This document shows positions 39,580-50,013 of a stretch of 64,000 bases of DNA, piece after piece; position 1 is the stretch's first letter; each line of letters begins with the position of its first letter. The notes under the pieces were generated by a model. It was not told the DNA's origin and ran no database searches. It saw only the letters and a list, made by a program, of their open reading frames with translations. The position numbers were made by a program, and so were the translations under genes. Source of the DNA: Escherichia coli (lineage in GTDB: Bacteria > Pseudomonadota > Gammaproteobacteria > Enterobacterales > Enterobacteriaceae); NCBI RefSeq assembly GCF_003334315.1, contig NZ_QOWR01000018.1; one strand, given 5' to 3'.

Positions 39580-39756
39580 ATGATGAACATTGAAGAGTTA
39601 AAAACAAAAACAGAAGCAGATATTTCTGAATATATAACAAAAAAAATCATTGAGCTTAAGAAAAAGACCGGGAAAGAAGTTACCAGTATCCAGTTTACTG
39701 CACGGGAAAAAATGACTGGTCTTGAAAGCTATGATATCAAGATTGATTTAATCTAG
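39580..39756 (+). CDS. gnsB: GnsA/GnsB-family small protein
   Basis: MMNIEELKTKTEADISEYITKKIIELKKKTGKEVTSIQFTAREKMTGLESYDIKIDLI; AAAGAGGAAA SD. Confidence 0.7.
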   Translation: MMNIEELKTKTEADISEYITKKIIELKKKTGKEVTSIQFTAREKMTGLESYDIKIDLI

Positions 39757-40051
39757 TCTGTTTATAGCATTAGCATCAATTTCTCATCAGATGCTATTCA
39801 ACAATACAAATTACCCATAAACCTCGTTTTTACGGGGTTTTGTTATATTTAAACATTACCGAATAGGTATAAATCTCGATTGTCGATGGTATTGGTTGTG
39901 TGACAATACCTAGTCTTTTCGGTATGCCTGAAGAGAATACAAACGACAGATTATGTAAGGGAAACGCGCTGAATCTTTCACTCTTTCATGCTGAGTGATT
40001 TGACGTTATATTTTTAGCCGTAAGTGAAGAGCAAACGCATGGAGCGACAAA

Positions 40052-40258
40052 ATGCATAAAGATCAATACACTGATGCCCCCTCCCAGGAGCAGGTTCGTG
40101 TAAAAACTATGCTTAATAGCACCATTTCGATGGGTTACCCGGATGTTGTAATTGCATGTATAGAACATCAAGTGTCTCTGGAAGCATTCAGGGCAATTGA
40201 GGCCGCGTTAGTAAAGCACGATAAGAATACGAAGGATTATTCCCTGGTGGTTGACTGA
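40052..40258 (+). CDS. Hypothetical protein (68 aa)
   Basis: ORF only. Confidence 0.35.
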   Translation: MHKDQYTDAPSQEQVRVKTMLNSTISMGYPDVVIACIEHQVSLEAFRAIEAALVKHDKNTKDYSLVVD

Positions 40259-40619
40259 TCACCATAACTGCTAACCATTCTGACCATTTCACAAGTGACA
40301 GAGTCAATATCGTATTCTGTCACTGTCAGGCTAATACAGCAATGCAATTCAACTACAGCAATGCCTCGTATTTAGGTGAATTTACAATATCGTCCAGTTC
40401 GGATGCCGGCTGCATTTCTGAAGATAAGGCATTTCGGTTCTCGTATTTTCCCCTCATGCTCGTCAGTCCTGCGCGTAGTAAGAGACAGGACACTCACACT
40501 AATTTGTGTGGGCATGCTGTGATGTCCTTCTGAATTATCCCCATGCCATTATGTAAAGCTCTGTTACAGATGCTCGTCACGGTTGTCAGGCTGTCGGGTC
40601 CTCCCAGTGGGGGGCCCTG

Positions 40620-40660
40620 CCACGGGGCGGGAGCGTCGCGGAAAAAGGCTAGTTTTTGCA
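40620..40660. other. Candidate cos site (cosN-like)
   Basis: GGGCGGGAGCGTCGCGGAAAAAGGC resembles lambda cosN (GGGCGGCGACCTCGCGGGTTTTCGC) and lies upstream of the small terminase gene. Confidence 0.4.
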
Positions 40661-40820
40661 TTTCCATGGTGGCGGCAGCATGTTTGGTAATTTATTGATA
40701 ATTAAAAGTTATTTCTCTTTTCAGCTGTACAATATTTTTTTCTCCCTGTCATTAGACTAGTTTGCAATTAATTGAAATATATAAATAAACCTGATTTTCA
40801 CCTGCCAGATGGAGTTGCTT

Positions 40821-41348
40821 ATGTCAAATGTGAGCGGGATCGGTGATGCTTATTACTGGAGTGTTTTTAAAATCGCCGAGGCCTTTGGGCTTCACCGGGA
40901 CACAGTAAAAAAACGGCTCCTCGCGGCCAACACTCCTGTGGCTGCGACTGTCAGGGGGAACCCCGTTTACGCCCTGCAGCATGTCGGGCCTGCCCTGTTT
41001 AGTGTGAAGCATGAGGCAGCAGACTCTGTTCATGATCCATCCCGTATGGAGCCGAAAGAGAGAAAGGACTGGTACCAGTCGGAAAATGAAAGGATCAAGT
41101 TGGAAAAGGAGCAGCGAAAACTCATCCCCGTTGATGAAGTAGTCATCGTCTATTCGTCCATGAGAAAGGCTGTCGTCCAGGTTCTGGAGACAATTCCGGA
41201 TGTTCTTGAACGCGATTGCGCCCTGACTCCTCAGGCCGTTGGCGTTGTACAGCAGGCCATTGATGACCTGCGATACACTCTTCAGGAAAAATCCTACGAG
41301 GCTTGTGCTGCTGAATTAATTCCTGATGAGGAAGGAGAGAGTCTCTAG
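40821..41348 (+). CDS. Terminase small subunit (Nu1-like)
   Basis: N-terminal HTH-like segment; immediately upstream of the large terminase. Confidence 0.7.
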   Translation: MSNVSGIGDAYYWSVFKIAEAFGLHRDTVKKRLLAANTPVAATVRGNPVYALQHVGPALFSVKHEAADSVHDPSRMEPKERKDWYQSENERIKLEKEQRKLIPVDEVVIVYSSMRKAVVQVLETIPDVLERDCALTPQAVGVVQQAIDDLRYTLQEKSYEACAAELIPDEEGESL

Positions 41349-41356
41349 GAGGAATA

Positions 41357-43456
41357 ATGGGTTTTTCATCAGCCCGAAATTTGGGAAGGGACATATCGGC
41401 AGGATTTTCCCCACCACGTCGCATGCCGATTTCGGAGGCTGTTAAAAAATTCATGCGTGTTCCCAAGGGGGCTGGTAACTCGGTGCCATGGGATCCTGAA
41501 CTGACACCCTACATCATTGAGCCCATGAACTGCCTGGCATCGCGTGAATACGATGCGGTGATTTTTGTTGGTCCTGCGCGAACAGGGAAGACCATTGGTC
41601 TGATCGATGGATGGATTGTCTATACCATCGTTTGCGATCCTTCGGACATGCTCGTTGTGCAGATGACCGAAGATAAGGCCCGCGAGCATTCAAAAAAGCG
41701 CCTCGACAGAACGTTCAGAAGCAGTGCGGCGGTAAAGAAAAGAATGAGTCCACGTCGTAATGACAATAATGTCCATGATAAGACGTTCAGGGATGGCTCG
41801 TTCCTTAAAATTGGTTGGCCCTCGGTCAACATTATGTCGTCGTCGGATTACCGGTTTGTCGCCTTAACCGATTACGACCGTTTTCCGGAGAATATCGACA
41901 GCGAGGGTGATGGTTTCTCCCTGGCCTCAAAACGTACCACCACATTTATGTCCGCCGGGATGACTCTGGTGGAGAGCTCGCCGGGACGTGACATCTGCGA
42001 CAGCAAATGGCGACGTAAGTCGCCTCATGAAGCGCCACCGACGACTGGTATTCTTTCCCTTTACAATCGTGGTGACCGCCGCCGCTGGTACTGGCCATGT
42101 CCGCACTGCGGTGAATATTTTCAGCCAGCCATGGATGCCATGACCGGCTACCGTAATGAACCGGATCCCTTTAAAGCCAGTGAGGCGGCGTATCTACTTT
42201 GCCCGCACTGCAGCGGCATTATCACTGCGGAGAAAAAGCGTGAGCTCAATAGTGCAGGAGTCTGGTTGCGTGAAGGTCAGGTCATTGATTGTAACGGCAA
42301 CGTTTCCGGTGAACCGCGCCGCTCCCGTATCGCCAGTTTCTGGATGGAAGGGCCAGCTGCTGCGTATCAGACCTGGGCGCAACTGGTTTACAAATTACTG
42401 ACTGCAGAACAGGAGTATGAAGCGACAGGAAGTGAAGAAACACTCAGGGCGGTTATCAACACCGACTGGGGATTACCTTATCTTCCCCGCGCCAGCATGG
42501 AGCAACGAAAAAGTGAACTGCTTGAGCAGCGGGCAGAGCCAGTTCCTTCCCGCAGTGTGCCAGATGGCGTTAATTTTCTTGTGGCGACAGTGGATGTGCA
42601 GGCGGGACGTCATCGCCGTTTTGTGGTTCAGGTAACGGGCTATGGCAGCCGTGGCGAACGCTGGATTATTGATCGTTACAACATCACGCAGTCATTGCGC
42701 GGTGACAGCGACGGGGAGAGCCAGCGAATTGATCCGGCCAGCTATCCGGAAGACTGGGATGTCCTGCTGACGGATGTTTTTCATAAAAGCTGGCCGCTGG
42801 CCTCCGATCCTTCTCAACAAATGCGACTGATGGCAATGGCGGTGGACTCCGGCGGTGAAGACGGGGTCACTGATAATGCCTATAAATTCTGGCGTCGTTG
42901 CCGTCGTGATGGCCTTGGTAAACGTATTTACCTGTTTAAGGGCGACAGCATCCGGCGCGCAAAACTGATCACCCGTACATTCCCTGATAACACCGGACGA
43001 ACGGGCCGACGGGCGCAGGCCGCAGGTGATGTGCCGCTCTGGCTTCTTCAGACGGATGCACTGAAAGACCGGGTGAATAACGCGTTATGGCGTGACTCGC
43101 CAGGTCCCGGCTATGTGCATTTCCCTGACTGGCTGGGGAGCTGGTTTTACGACGAACTGACGTATGAAGAGCGGAGCAGTGACGGGAAATGGAGTAAGCC
43201 GGGTCGCGGTGCCAACGAAGCTTTTGACCTGATGGTGTATGCCGAGGCTCTGGTCATTCTGCATGGATACGAAAAGATCCGCTGGCCGGATGCACCGGAG
43301 TGGGCGAGCCGGGAAACCTGGCTGGAGTGTGTCCCGGACAGTACCGAACCGTCATCCTCACCGGAACCGGTATCCACGCCTGTTAAAAAACAAAAACGGA
43401 AGAAAACAGTAACTGACGATGTTAACCCCTGGCTGACTTCCGGAGGATGGTTATGA
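41357..43456 (+). CDS. Terminase large subunit (lambda gpA-like)
   Basis: Walker A VGPARTGKT; 699 aa. Confidence 0.9.
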   Translation: MGFSSARNLGRDISAGFSPPRRMPISEAVKKFMRVPKGAGNSVPWDPELTPYIIEPMNCLASREYDAVIFVGPARTGKTIGLIDGWIVYTIVCDPSDMLVVQMTEDKAREHSKKRLDRTFRSSAAVKKRMSPRRNDNNVHDKTFRDGSFLKIGWPSVNIMSSSDYRFVALTDYDRFPENIDSEGDGFSLASKRTTTFMSAGMTLVESSPGRDICDSKWRRKSPHEAPPTTGILSLYNRGDRRRWYWPCPHCGEYFQPAMDAMTGYRNEPDPFKASEAAYLLCPHCSGIITAEKKRELNSAGVWLREGQVIDCNGNVSGEPRRSRIASFWMEGPAAAYQTWAQLVYKLLTAEQEYEATGSEETLRAVINTDWGLPYLPRASMEQRKSELLEQRAEPVPSRSVPDGVNFLVATVDVQAGRHRRFVVQVTGYGSRGERWIIDRYNITQSLRGDSDGESQRIDPASYPEDWDVLLTDVFHKSWPLASDPSQQMRLMAMAVDSGGEDGVTDNAYKFWRRCRRDGLGKRIYLFKGDSIRRAKLITRTFPDNTGRTGRRAQAAGDVPLWLLQTDALKDRVNNALWRDSPGPGYVHFPDWLGSWFYDELTYEERSSDGKWSKPGRGANEAFDLMVYAEALVILHGYEKIRWPDAPEWASRETWLECVPDSTEPSSSPEPVSTPVKKQKRKKTVTDDVNPWLTSGGWL

Positions 43457-43665
43457 ACCAGAATGATATCGAAGCCATGATTCAGCGTTATACGGAAGCT
43501 GAAATGGCGGTGCTGGACGGAAAATCCGTCACCTTTAATGGTCAGCAGATGACCATGGAAAACTTATCTGAGATCAGGCAGGGACGGCAGGAGTGGGAGC
43601 GCCGCCTTGCGGCTCTGATTACACGACGACGGGGGCATCCCGGGTATCGGCTGGCGAGGTTCTGA
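43447..43665 (+). CDS. Head-tail joining protein (gpW-like)
   Basis: About 70 aa between terminase and portal, ends ...RRRGHPGYRLARF. Confidence 0.65.
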   Translation: MVMNQNDIEAMIQRYTEAEMAVLDGKSVTFNGQQMTMENLSEIRQGRQEWERRLAALITRRRGHPGYRLARF

Positions 43666-45140
43666 TGGCAATTCTTGATGATGTGATTGGCGTTTTTTCA
43701 CCAGGATGGAAAGCGGCAAGGCTGCGTTCCCGTGCGGTGATCCAGGCTTATGAGGCCGTAAAAACGACGCGGACACACAAAGCCCGACGGGAGAACCGAA
43801 CTGCCGACCAGTTAAGCCAGTACGGGGCCGTGTCGTTACGTGAGCAGGCCCGTTACCTTGATAACAACCACGATCTGGTTATTGGTGTATTTGACAAGCT
43901 GGAAGAACGGGTGGTGGGGAAAAACGGGATTATTGTCGAGCCACATCCGGTATTACGCAATGGGGCCATTGCCCGTGACCTGGCTGCGGAGATTCGCACC
44001 CGATGGAGTGAATGGTCTGTCAGCCCGGAAGTCACCGGGCAGTTTACCCGTCCGATGCTGGAACGTCTGATGCTTCGTACCTGGCTGCGCGATGGTGAGG
44101 TGTTTGCCCAGATGGTTTCCGGGCGCATAAACAGCCTGACGCCTTCTGCCGGTGTTCATTTCTGGCTGGAGGCGCTCGAGCCGGACTTTATTCCCATGAC
44201 CAGTGATGAGAGCAACAGGCTGAATCAGGGCGTGTTTGTTGATGACTGGGGGCGTCCCGAAAAATATCTGGTGTATAAAAGTCGTCCTGTATCCGGACGG
44301 CAGATGGAAACCAAAGAAGTGGATGCAGAGCGAATGCTGCATCTTAAATTTGTTCGCCGTCTGCACCAGATGCGCGGGACGTCTTTATTGTCCGGTGTGC
44401 TGATCCGCCTCAGCGCCCTGAAAGAGTATGAAGATTCTGAGCTGACTGCAGCAAGGGTCGCCGCTGCTCTGGGGATGTACATCCGCAAAGGCGACGGACA
44501 GAGCTATGAAACGGATGGTAATGACAGCAAGGAGAATGAACGCGAGCTTACCATTCAGCCAGGCATTATTTACGACGATCTGAAACCCGGCGAAGAAATC
44601 GGAATGGTGAAGTCGGATCGCCCAAATCCTAACCTTGAAACTTTTCGTAATGCTCAGTTGCGTGCCGTGGCGGCGGGCAGTCGTCTGAGTTTTTCCAGTA
44701 CAGCGCGCAACTATAACGGCACTTACAGCGCCCAGCGTCAGGAGCTGGTTGAATCCACTGATGGCTACCTGATCCTGCAGGACTGGTTTATTGGTGCCGT
44801 CACCCGCCCGATGTATCGTGCCTGGCTGAAACAGGCTGTGGCATCCGGTGTTATCAGGCTACCCCGCGATCTTGACCGTTCTTCACTGTATACCGCGGTG
44901 TATTCCGGACCGGTGATGCCGTGGATTGACCCTGTTAAGGAGGCTGAGGCCTGGAAAATCCAGATTCGTGGTGGAGCGGCGACAGAATCAGACTGGGTAC
45001 GTGCAGGTGGTCGTAATCCGGATGATGTCAAACGTCGGCGCAAGGCCGAAATTGATGAAAACCGCAAGCTGGACCTGGTATTTGATACCGATCCGGCCAG
45101 TGATAAAGGAGGCAGCAGTGCCGCAACGAAACGACAGTAG
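43665..45140 (+). CDS. Portal protein (lambda gpB-like)
   Basis: ATG overlaps the W stop (ATGA); about 491 aa. Confidence 0.85.
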   Translation: MAILDDVIGVFSPGWKAARLRSRAVIQAYEAVKTTRTHKARRENRTADQLSQYGAVSLREQARYLDNNHDLVIGVFDKLEERVVGKNGIIVEPHPVLRNGAIARDLAAEIRTRWSEWSVSPEVTGQFTRPMLERLMLRTWLRDGEVFAQMVSGRINSLTPSAGVHFWLEALEPDFIPMTSDESNRLNQGVFVDDWGRPEKYLVYKSRPVSGRQMETKEVDAERMLHLKFVRRLHQMRGTSLLSGVLIRLSALKEYEDSELTAARVAAALGMYIRKGDGQSYETDGNDSKENERELTIQPGIIYDDLKPGEEIGMVKSDRPNPNLETFRNAQLRAVAAGSRLSFSSTARNYNGTYSAQRQELVESTDGYLILQDWFIGAVTRPMYRAWLKQAVASGVIRLPRDLDRSSLYTAVYSGPVMPWIDPVKEAEAWKIQIRGGAATESDWVRAGGRNPDDVKRRRKAEIDENRKLDLVFDTDPASDKGGSSAATKRQ

Positions 45141-47145
45141 CCGCAGTACACCGACGACCAGTCCGAAGAATAATTCCTGGTTCAGGATGCAGGCTGGTCA
45201 CCAGAGTGACGCGGATATTTATATTTATGACGAGATTGGTTTCTGGGGTGTTACAGCGAAGCAGTTTATCAGTGATCTGAATGCACTGGGCGATATCACC
45301 CACATTAATCTCCATATCAATTCACCGGGTGGCGATGTCTTTGAAGGCATCGCCATTTTTAATGCGCTGAAAACACATGGTGCGTCCATTACCGTTTATG
45401 TCGACGGTGTGGCGGCATCAATGGCGTCGGTCATTGCGATGGTGGGAAACCCGGTCATTATGCCGGAAAACACCTTCATGATGATTCATAAACCATTTGG
45501 CTTTACGGGCGGTGATGCGGAGGACATGCGCACCTATGCCGACCTGCTCGATAAAGTTGAGGCGGTTCTGTTACCCGCTTATGCACAGAAAACCGGGAAA
45601 ACCACCGATGAAATTGCTGCCATGCTGGCGGATGAGACCTGGATGTCCGGTGCCGAATGTCTGGCACATGGATTTGCTGATCAGGTAACGCCAGCCGTTA
45701 AGGCAATGGCATGTATTCAGTCAAAACGTACAGAGGAATTTAAAAAGATGCCGGAATCCATTCGAAACATGATTACTCCGCCACGCAACAGTGCTCCACG
45801 CGTACAGGATAATGAACCTGAAGCCTCCCGGACGCCAGTGCAGGCAGCAGCACCCGTGGTGGATGAAAACAGCATCCGTGCGCAGGTACTGGCAGAGCAA
45901 AAAGCGCGTGTAAACGGTATTAATGATCTGTTTGCCATGTTTGGCGGGCGTTATCAGACGCTGCAGGCTCAGTGTCTTGCCGATCCTGAATGTTCGCTGG
46001 AGCAGGCCCGCGAAAAGCTGTTGAACGAGATGGGGCGCGAGTCCACGCCATCCAATAAAAATACCCCGGCTCATATTTATGCCGGTAACGGTAATTTTGT
46101 GGGGGACGGGATCCGCCAGGCGCTGATGGCGCGTGCCGGATTTGAAAAAACCGAACGTGATAATGTCTACAACGGGATGACCCTGCGTGAATATGCCCGT
46201 ATGTCACTGACTGAACGGGGTATTGGGGTTTCCAGTTATAACCCGATGCAGATGGTCGGTGCGGCGTTCACACACAGTACGTCTGACTTCGGTAATATTC
46301 TGCTGGATGTTGCGAACAAAGCCATTCTGCAGGGCTGGGAAGATGCCCCTGAAACCTATGAACAGTGGACGCGGACAGGTCAGTTGTCTGATTTTAAAAT
46401 TGCCCATCGTGTGGGTATGGGGGGCTTCAGTGCTCTGCGTCAGGTGCGTGAAGGGGCGGAATATAAATACGTCACCACCGGAGATAAACAGGCCACTATT
46501 GCACTGGCGACCTATGGCGAGCTGTTCAGTATCACCCGTCAGGCCATTATCAATGATGATCTGAATATGCTGACCGATGTCCCGATGAAGTTGGGCCGTG
46601 CGGCGAAATCCACTATTGCCGATCTGGTTTATGCCATTCTGACGTCTAACCCGAAAATCTCCACAGATAATGTAAGTCTGTTCGATAAAGCGAAACATGC
46701 AAACGTACTGGAGAGCGCTGCAATGGACGTGGCATCGCTGGATAAAGCCCGCCAGTTGATGCGCGTTCAGAAAGAGGGGGAGCGTCATCTGAATATTCGT
46801 CCTGCGTTCGTACTGGTACCGACGGCGATGGAGTCTGTTGCTAACCAGGTCATTCGCTCCTCAAGTGTCAAGGGGGCTGACATTAACGCCGGTATTATTA
46901 ACCCGGTGAAAGATTTTGCGACCGTTATTGCAGAGCCTCGTCTTGATGATAACAGCCAGACCACCTTCTACCTGGCTGCGTCAAAAGACTCCGATACGAT
47001 TGAAGTGGCTTATCTCAACGGTGTGGATACGCCATATATTGATCAGATGGAGGGCTTCAGTGTGGATGGCGTGACAACGAAAGTGCGTATTGACGCCGGT
47101 GTCGCGCCAGTTGATCACCGCGGCCTGGTGAAATGTACGGCGTAA
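45118..47145 (+). CDS. Fused prohead protease (ClpP-like S14) and major capsid protein
   Basis: GTG start after AAAGGAGG; N-terminal ClpP-like region (INSPGGDVFEG ... MASVIAMVG ... MMIHKP); C-terminal capsid-like domain of about 400 aa. Confidence 0.8.
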   Translation: MPQRNDSSRSTPTTSPKNNSWFRMQAGHQSDADIYIYDEIGFWGVTAKQFISDLNALGDITHINLHINSPGGDVFEGIAIFNALKTHGASITVYVDGVAASMASVIAMVGNPVIMPENTFMMIHKPFGFTGGDAEDMRTYADLLDKVEAVLLPAYAQKTGKTTDEIAAMLADETWMSGAECLAHGFADQVTPAVKAMACIQSKRTEEFKKMPESIRNMITPPRNSAPRVQDNEPEASRTPVQAAAPVVDENSIRAQVLAEQKARVNGINDLFAMFGGRYQTLQAQCLADPECSLEQAREKLLNEMGRESTPSNKNTPAHIYAGNGNFVGDGIRQALMARAGFEKTERDNVYNGMTLREYARMSLTERGIGVSSYNPMQMVGAAFTHSTSDFGNILLDVANKAILQGWEDAPETYEQWTRTGQLSDFKIAHRVGMGGFSALRQVREGAEYKYVTTGDKQATIALATYGELFSITRQAIINDDLNMLTDVPMKLGRAAKSTIADLVYAILTSNPKISTDNVSLFDKAKHANVLESAAMDVASLDKARQLMRVQKEGERHLNIRPAFVLVPTAMESVANQVIRSSSVKGADINAGIINPVKDFATVIAEPRLDDNSQTTFYLAASKDSDTIEVAYLNGVDTPYIDQMEGFSVDGVTTKVRIDAGVAPVDHRGLVKCTA

Positions 47146-47168
47146 ACGTCGCAGACAACAACTCTGAT

Positions 47169-47188
47169 GGCCCGTAAGGGCTTTTTTT
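47169..47188 (+). terminator. Rho-independent terminator after the capsid gene
   Basis: GCCC-GTAA-GGGC followed by TTTTTTT. Confidence 0.55.
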
Positions 47189-47231
47189 GTACCTGAAATC
47201 AGCCCCTGAACGGGGCTGTGCGGAGACAGTT

Positions 47232-47555
47232 ATGGCAAAGAATTTTGTAGAAGAAGGAAAAACGGTGGCGATTGTTGCCAGTGCAGCCATCAGCAGCGGA
47301 GATCTGGTGCAGGTGGGTGATGTTTTTGCGGTAGCGCTGACCGATATTCCACAGGGTGAAACAGGCGACGGCCTGACCGAAGGTGTGTTTATGCTGCCTA
47401 AGCTGAAAACGGATGACATGAAAACGGGTAAGAAGGTTTATCTGAAGTCCGGAAAAGTTCAGTTGACTAACAGCGGCTCTGATCCGCTGGTCGGGGTTGT
47501 CTGGGCAGATGCCGGAACCAGTGCAGAAGAAGTGCCGGTAAAACTCAATGTCTGA
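47232..47555 (+). CDS. Head-associated hypothetical protein (108 aa)
   Basis: ORF with GGAGA SD after the capsid gene. Confidence 0.55.
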   Translation: MAKNFVEEGKTVAIVASAAISSGDLVQVGDVFAVALTDIPQGETGDGLTEGVFMLPKLKTDDMKTGKKVYLKSGKVQLTNSGSDPLVGVVWADAGTSAEEVPVKLNV

Positions 47556-47823
47556 TCCCTTTTCCCGGCTGGCAGCGCGTATGGATGCGATCACGGTCAG
47601 AAAGATGGGAAAGACAGCCTCGATTAATGATGTCGATATGACTGTGATCCCGGGAGAAACACTGGCAGAGCTGAATGCTCTGTCCGGACCTGCGGTCTCT
47701 CTGGTGGTGTTTTCTTCGGGATACCGCCCACGGCGCGGGGATCGCGTTGTTTATGACGGACAACAATGGACGGTCACACGGCATGAACGTTTTAACGGTA
47801 AGCCAATGATCTTTATTGAGTAA
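47548..47823 (+). CDS. Head-tail joining protein (gpFII-like)
   Basis: Position and RRGD-containing C-terminal half. Confidence 0.5.
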   Translation: MSDPFSRLAARMDAITVRKMGKTASINDVDMTVIPGETLAELNALSGPAVSLVVFSSGYRPRRGDRVVYDGQQWTVTRHERFNGKPMIFIE

Positions 47824-47834
47824 AGAGGTGTGGG

Positions 47835-48413
47835 ATGAAGGGGCTTGAGAATGCCATCCGTAATCTGAACAGCCTTGATACCCGTATGGTGCCACAGGCC
47901 AGCGCATGGGCGATAAACCGTGTGGCACAGAAAGCAGTCTCGGTCGCCACCCGGCAGGTTGCCGGGAATACCGTTGCGGGAGATAACCAGGTGAAAGGGA
48001 TCCCCCTGAAACTGGTACGTCAGCGTGTCCGGGTGTTTAAAGCCAGTCCGTCAGGAAAAATGACGGCCAGGATCCGCGTTAACCGGGGCAATCTGCCCGC
48101 TATTAAGCTGGGGACAGCCCGGGTCAGACTGGCCCGGCGTGGTGGAAAACTGCAGTACCGTGGCAGTGTGCTGAAGGTGGGTAAATATCTTTTCCGGGAT
48201 GCGTTTATTCAGCAACTGGCGAATGGTCGCTGGCATGTGATGCGGCGTATTGATGGCAAAAATCGTTACCCCATTGATGTGGTGAAAGTCCCGCTGTCCG
48301 GACCGCTGACACAGGCATTTGAAGATGCCCGCGACCGCATTATTGCTGCGGAAATGCCGAAACAGCTGGGGTATGCACTGAAACAACAACTGAGGTTATG
48401 GCTGACCCGATGA
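47835..48413 (+). CDS. Minor tail protein Z-like (192 aa)
   Basis: Size and position before U and V. Confidence 0.6.
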   Translation: MKGLENAIRNLNSLDTRMVPQASAWAINRVAQKAVSVATRQVAGNTVAGDNQVKGIPLKLVRQRVRVFKASPSGKMTARIRVNRGNLPAIKLGTARVRLARRGGKLQYRGSVLKVGKYLFRDAFIQQLANGRWHVMRRIDGKNRYPIDVVKVPLSGPLTQAFEDARDRIIAAEMPKQLGYALKQQLRLWLTR

Positions 48414-48811
48414 ACCGACATACACAAATCCGCCAGGCCGTACTGGCACGCCTTCGGGAACAGTGTGGAGACAGCGCCACGTTTTTTGACGGGCTTCCGG
48501 CATTTATTGATGCGCAGGAACTGCCTGCCGTGGCGGTGTGGCTGAGTGATGCTCAGTACACCGGAAAAATGACGGATGAAGATGACTGGCAGGCTGTTCT
48601 GCATATTGCTGTCTTCATCCGGGCACAGGCACCGGATTCAGAGCTGGATATGTGGATGGAGAGCACCATTTTCCCGGCTCTGAATGATATACCGGCACTT
48701 TCCGGACTCATCGACACCCTGATCCCTCTCGGTTTTAACTATCAACGTGATAATGAGATGGCCACCTGGGCGATGGCGGAAATCACGTACCAGATCACGT
48801 ACACGAATTAA
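48398..48811 (+). CDS. Tail terminator protein U-like (137 aa)
   Basis: Size and position. Confidence 0.65.
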   Translation: MADPMNRHTQIRQAVLARLREQCGDSATFFDGLPAFIDAQELPAVAVWLSDAQYTGKMTDEDDWQAVLHIAVFIRAQAPDSELDMWMESTIFPALNDIPALSGLIDTLIPLGFNYQRDNEMATWAMAEITYQITYTN

Positions 48812-48816
48812 AGGAG

Positions 48817-49566
48817 GTGGCAATGACCACACCAAATCCACTGGCAAAAACGAAAGGTGCGGGAACGACGTTCTGGATGTACACCGGCAAGGGCGATGCG
48901 TTTGCGAACCCTTTATCGGACACTGACTGGCTGCGTCTTGCGATGGTGAAGGATCTGCAACCTGGCGAAATGACCGCTGATGCAGAAGATGACACTTATC
49001 TCGATGATGAAGATGCAGACTGGAAAACGACAACCCAGGGGCAGAAATCCGTCGGTGATACTTCGGCGACGCTGGCCTGGCGTCCGGGTGACAGCGGGCA
49101 GAAAAAACTGGTTCAGTTGTTCGACTCCGGTGAAGTCTGCGCGTTTCGTATCAAATATCCCAACGGCACTGTTGATGTTTTCCGTGGCTGGCTGAGCTCA
49201 CTGGGTAAAACCATTGCCTCAAAAGACGTGATGACCCGCACAGTGAAAATCAGCGGTGTGGGGCGTCCGCATCTGGCAGAGGAAGGCACTGAAACAGTGA
49301 GCGTTACCGGGCTGACGGTGGCACCAGCATCTGCCAGTGTAAAAGTGGGAGCAACCACCACGCTGACCTTTACAGTAAAACCTGACGGAGCCAGTGACAA
49401 AGCGATCAGTGTACATTCGACAGATCCACAGACTGCCACGGTGACCCTGAACGGGCTTGTGGCCACGGTGAAAGGCGTGAAGCAGGGCAGTGTCAGCATT
49501 GTGGGCATGACTTCTGACGGCGATTTTGTGGCCGTGGCTGCGGTGGCTGTCAGCGCCGCAGGTTAA
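48817..49566 (+). CDS. Major tail protein V with C-terminal Ig-like domain
   Basis: 249 aa; C-terminal Big_2-like region rich in T/V. Confidence 0.85.
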   Translation: MAMTTPNPLAKTKGAGTTFWMYTGKGDAFANPLSDTDWLRLAMVKDLQPGEMTADAEDDTYLDDEDADWKTTTQGQKSVGDTSATLAWRPGDSGQKKLVQLFDSGEVCAFRIKYPNGTVDVFRGWLSSLGKTIASKDVMTRTVKISGVGRPHLAEEGTETVSVTGLTVAPASASVKVGATTTLTFTVKPDGASDKAISVHSTDPQTATVTLNGLVATVKGVKQGSVSIVGMTSDGDFVAVAAVAVSAAG

Positions 49567-49586
49567 CAGGACGATACTCATCATTT

Positions 49587-49610
49587 GCCCCGGTTATCCG
49601 GGGCTTTTTT
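49587..49610 (+). terminator. Rho-independent terminator after V
   Basis: GCCCCGG-TTAT-CCGGGGC followed by TTTTTT. Confidence 0.7.
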
Positions 49611-49623
49611 GCAGGTGGAGAAC

Positions 49624-50013
49624 ATGATGTTTCTGAAACAGGGCACGTTTAATTATGAAAAACAGTCCGTGGTGCTCAGTGAGCTGTCCGGGCTGCAGAG
49701 AATTGAATATCTGGCGTTTGTTCAGCAGCGAACGGCAAAGTTTGATGCCGGGGAGGGAGAACTGCCGGAGGCTGAACGACAGATTGCTTTTCTGCGGATG
49801 GGGATGGATATCAATGCCTGGCTGGTTTTCCGCTCACTGTGGAATGCGGATCAGTCTAAGGATGTAGAGACGCTTTGCGCATCCGTTATTACAACATGGT
49901 CGTATGATGCCCTGGGTGCGGGGGCGGAGATGGTTCTGTCGCTGAGCGGTATGGGGGCCATTGATAATGCCGGGGATGATGAGCATGAGGCGCTGACGCC
50001 GGAAAAGTCCTGA
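49624..50013 (+). CDS. Tail assembly chaperone G
   Basis: MMFLKQGTFNYEKQSVVLSELSGLQRIEYLAF resembles lambda gpG; AGGTGGAG SD. Confidence 0.8.
   Translation: MMFLKQGTFNYEKQSVVLSELSGLQRIEYLAFVQQRTAKFDAGEGELPEAERQIAFLRMGMDINAWLVFRSLWNADQSKDVETLCASVITTWSYDALGAGAEMVLSLSGMGAIDNAGDDEHEALTPEKS

Noticed and set aside
44926-45117. N-terminal extension of the protease-capsid ORF overlapping the portal 3' end
   Set aside because: The upstream ATG lacks a ribosome-binding site and would overlap the portal by about 200 nt; the GTG at 45118 preceded by AAAGGAGG is the more plausible start.
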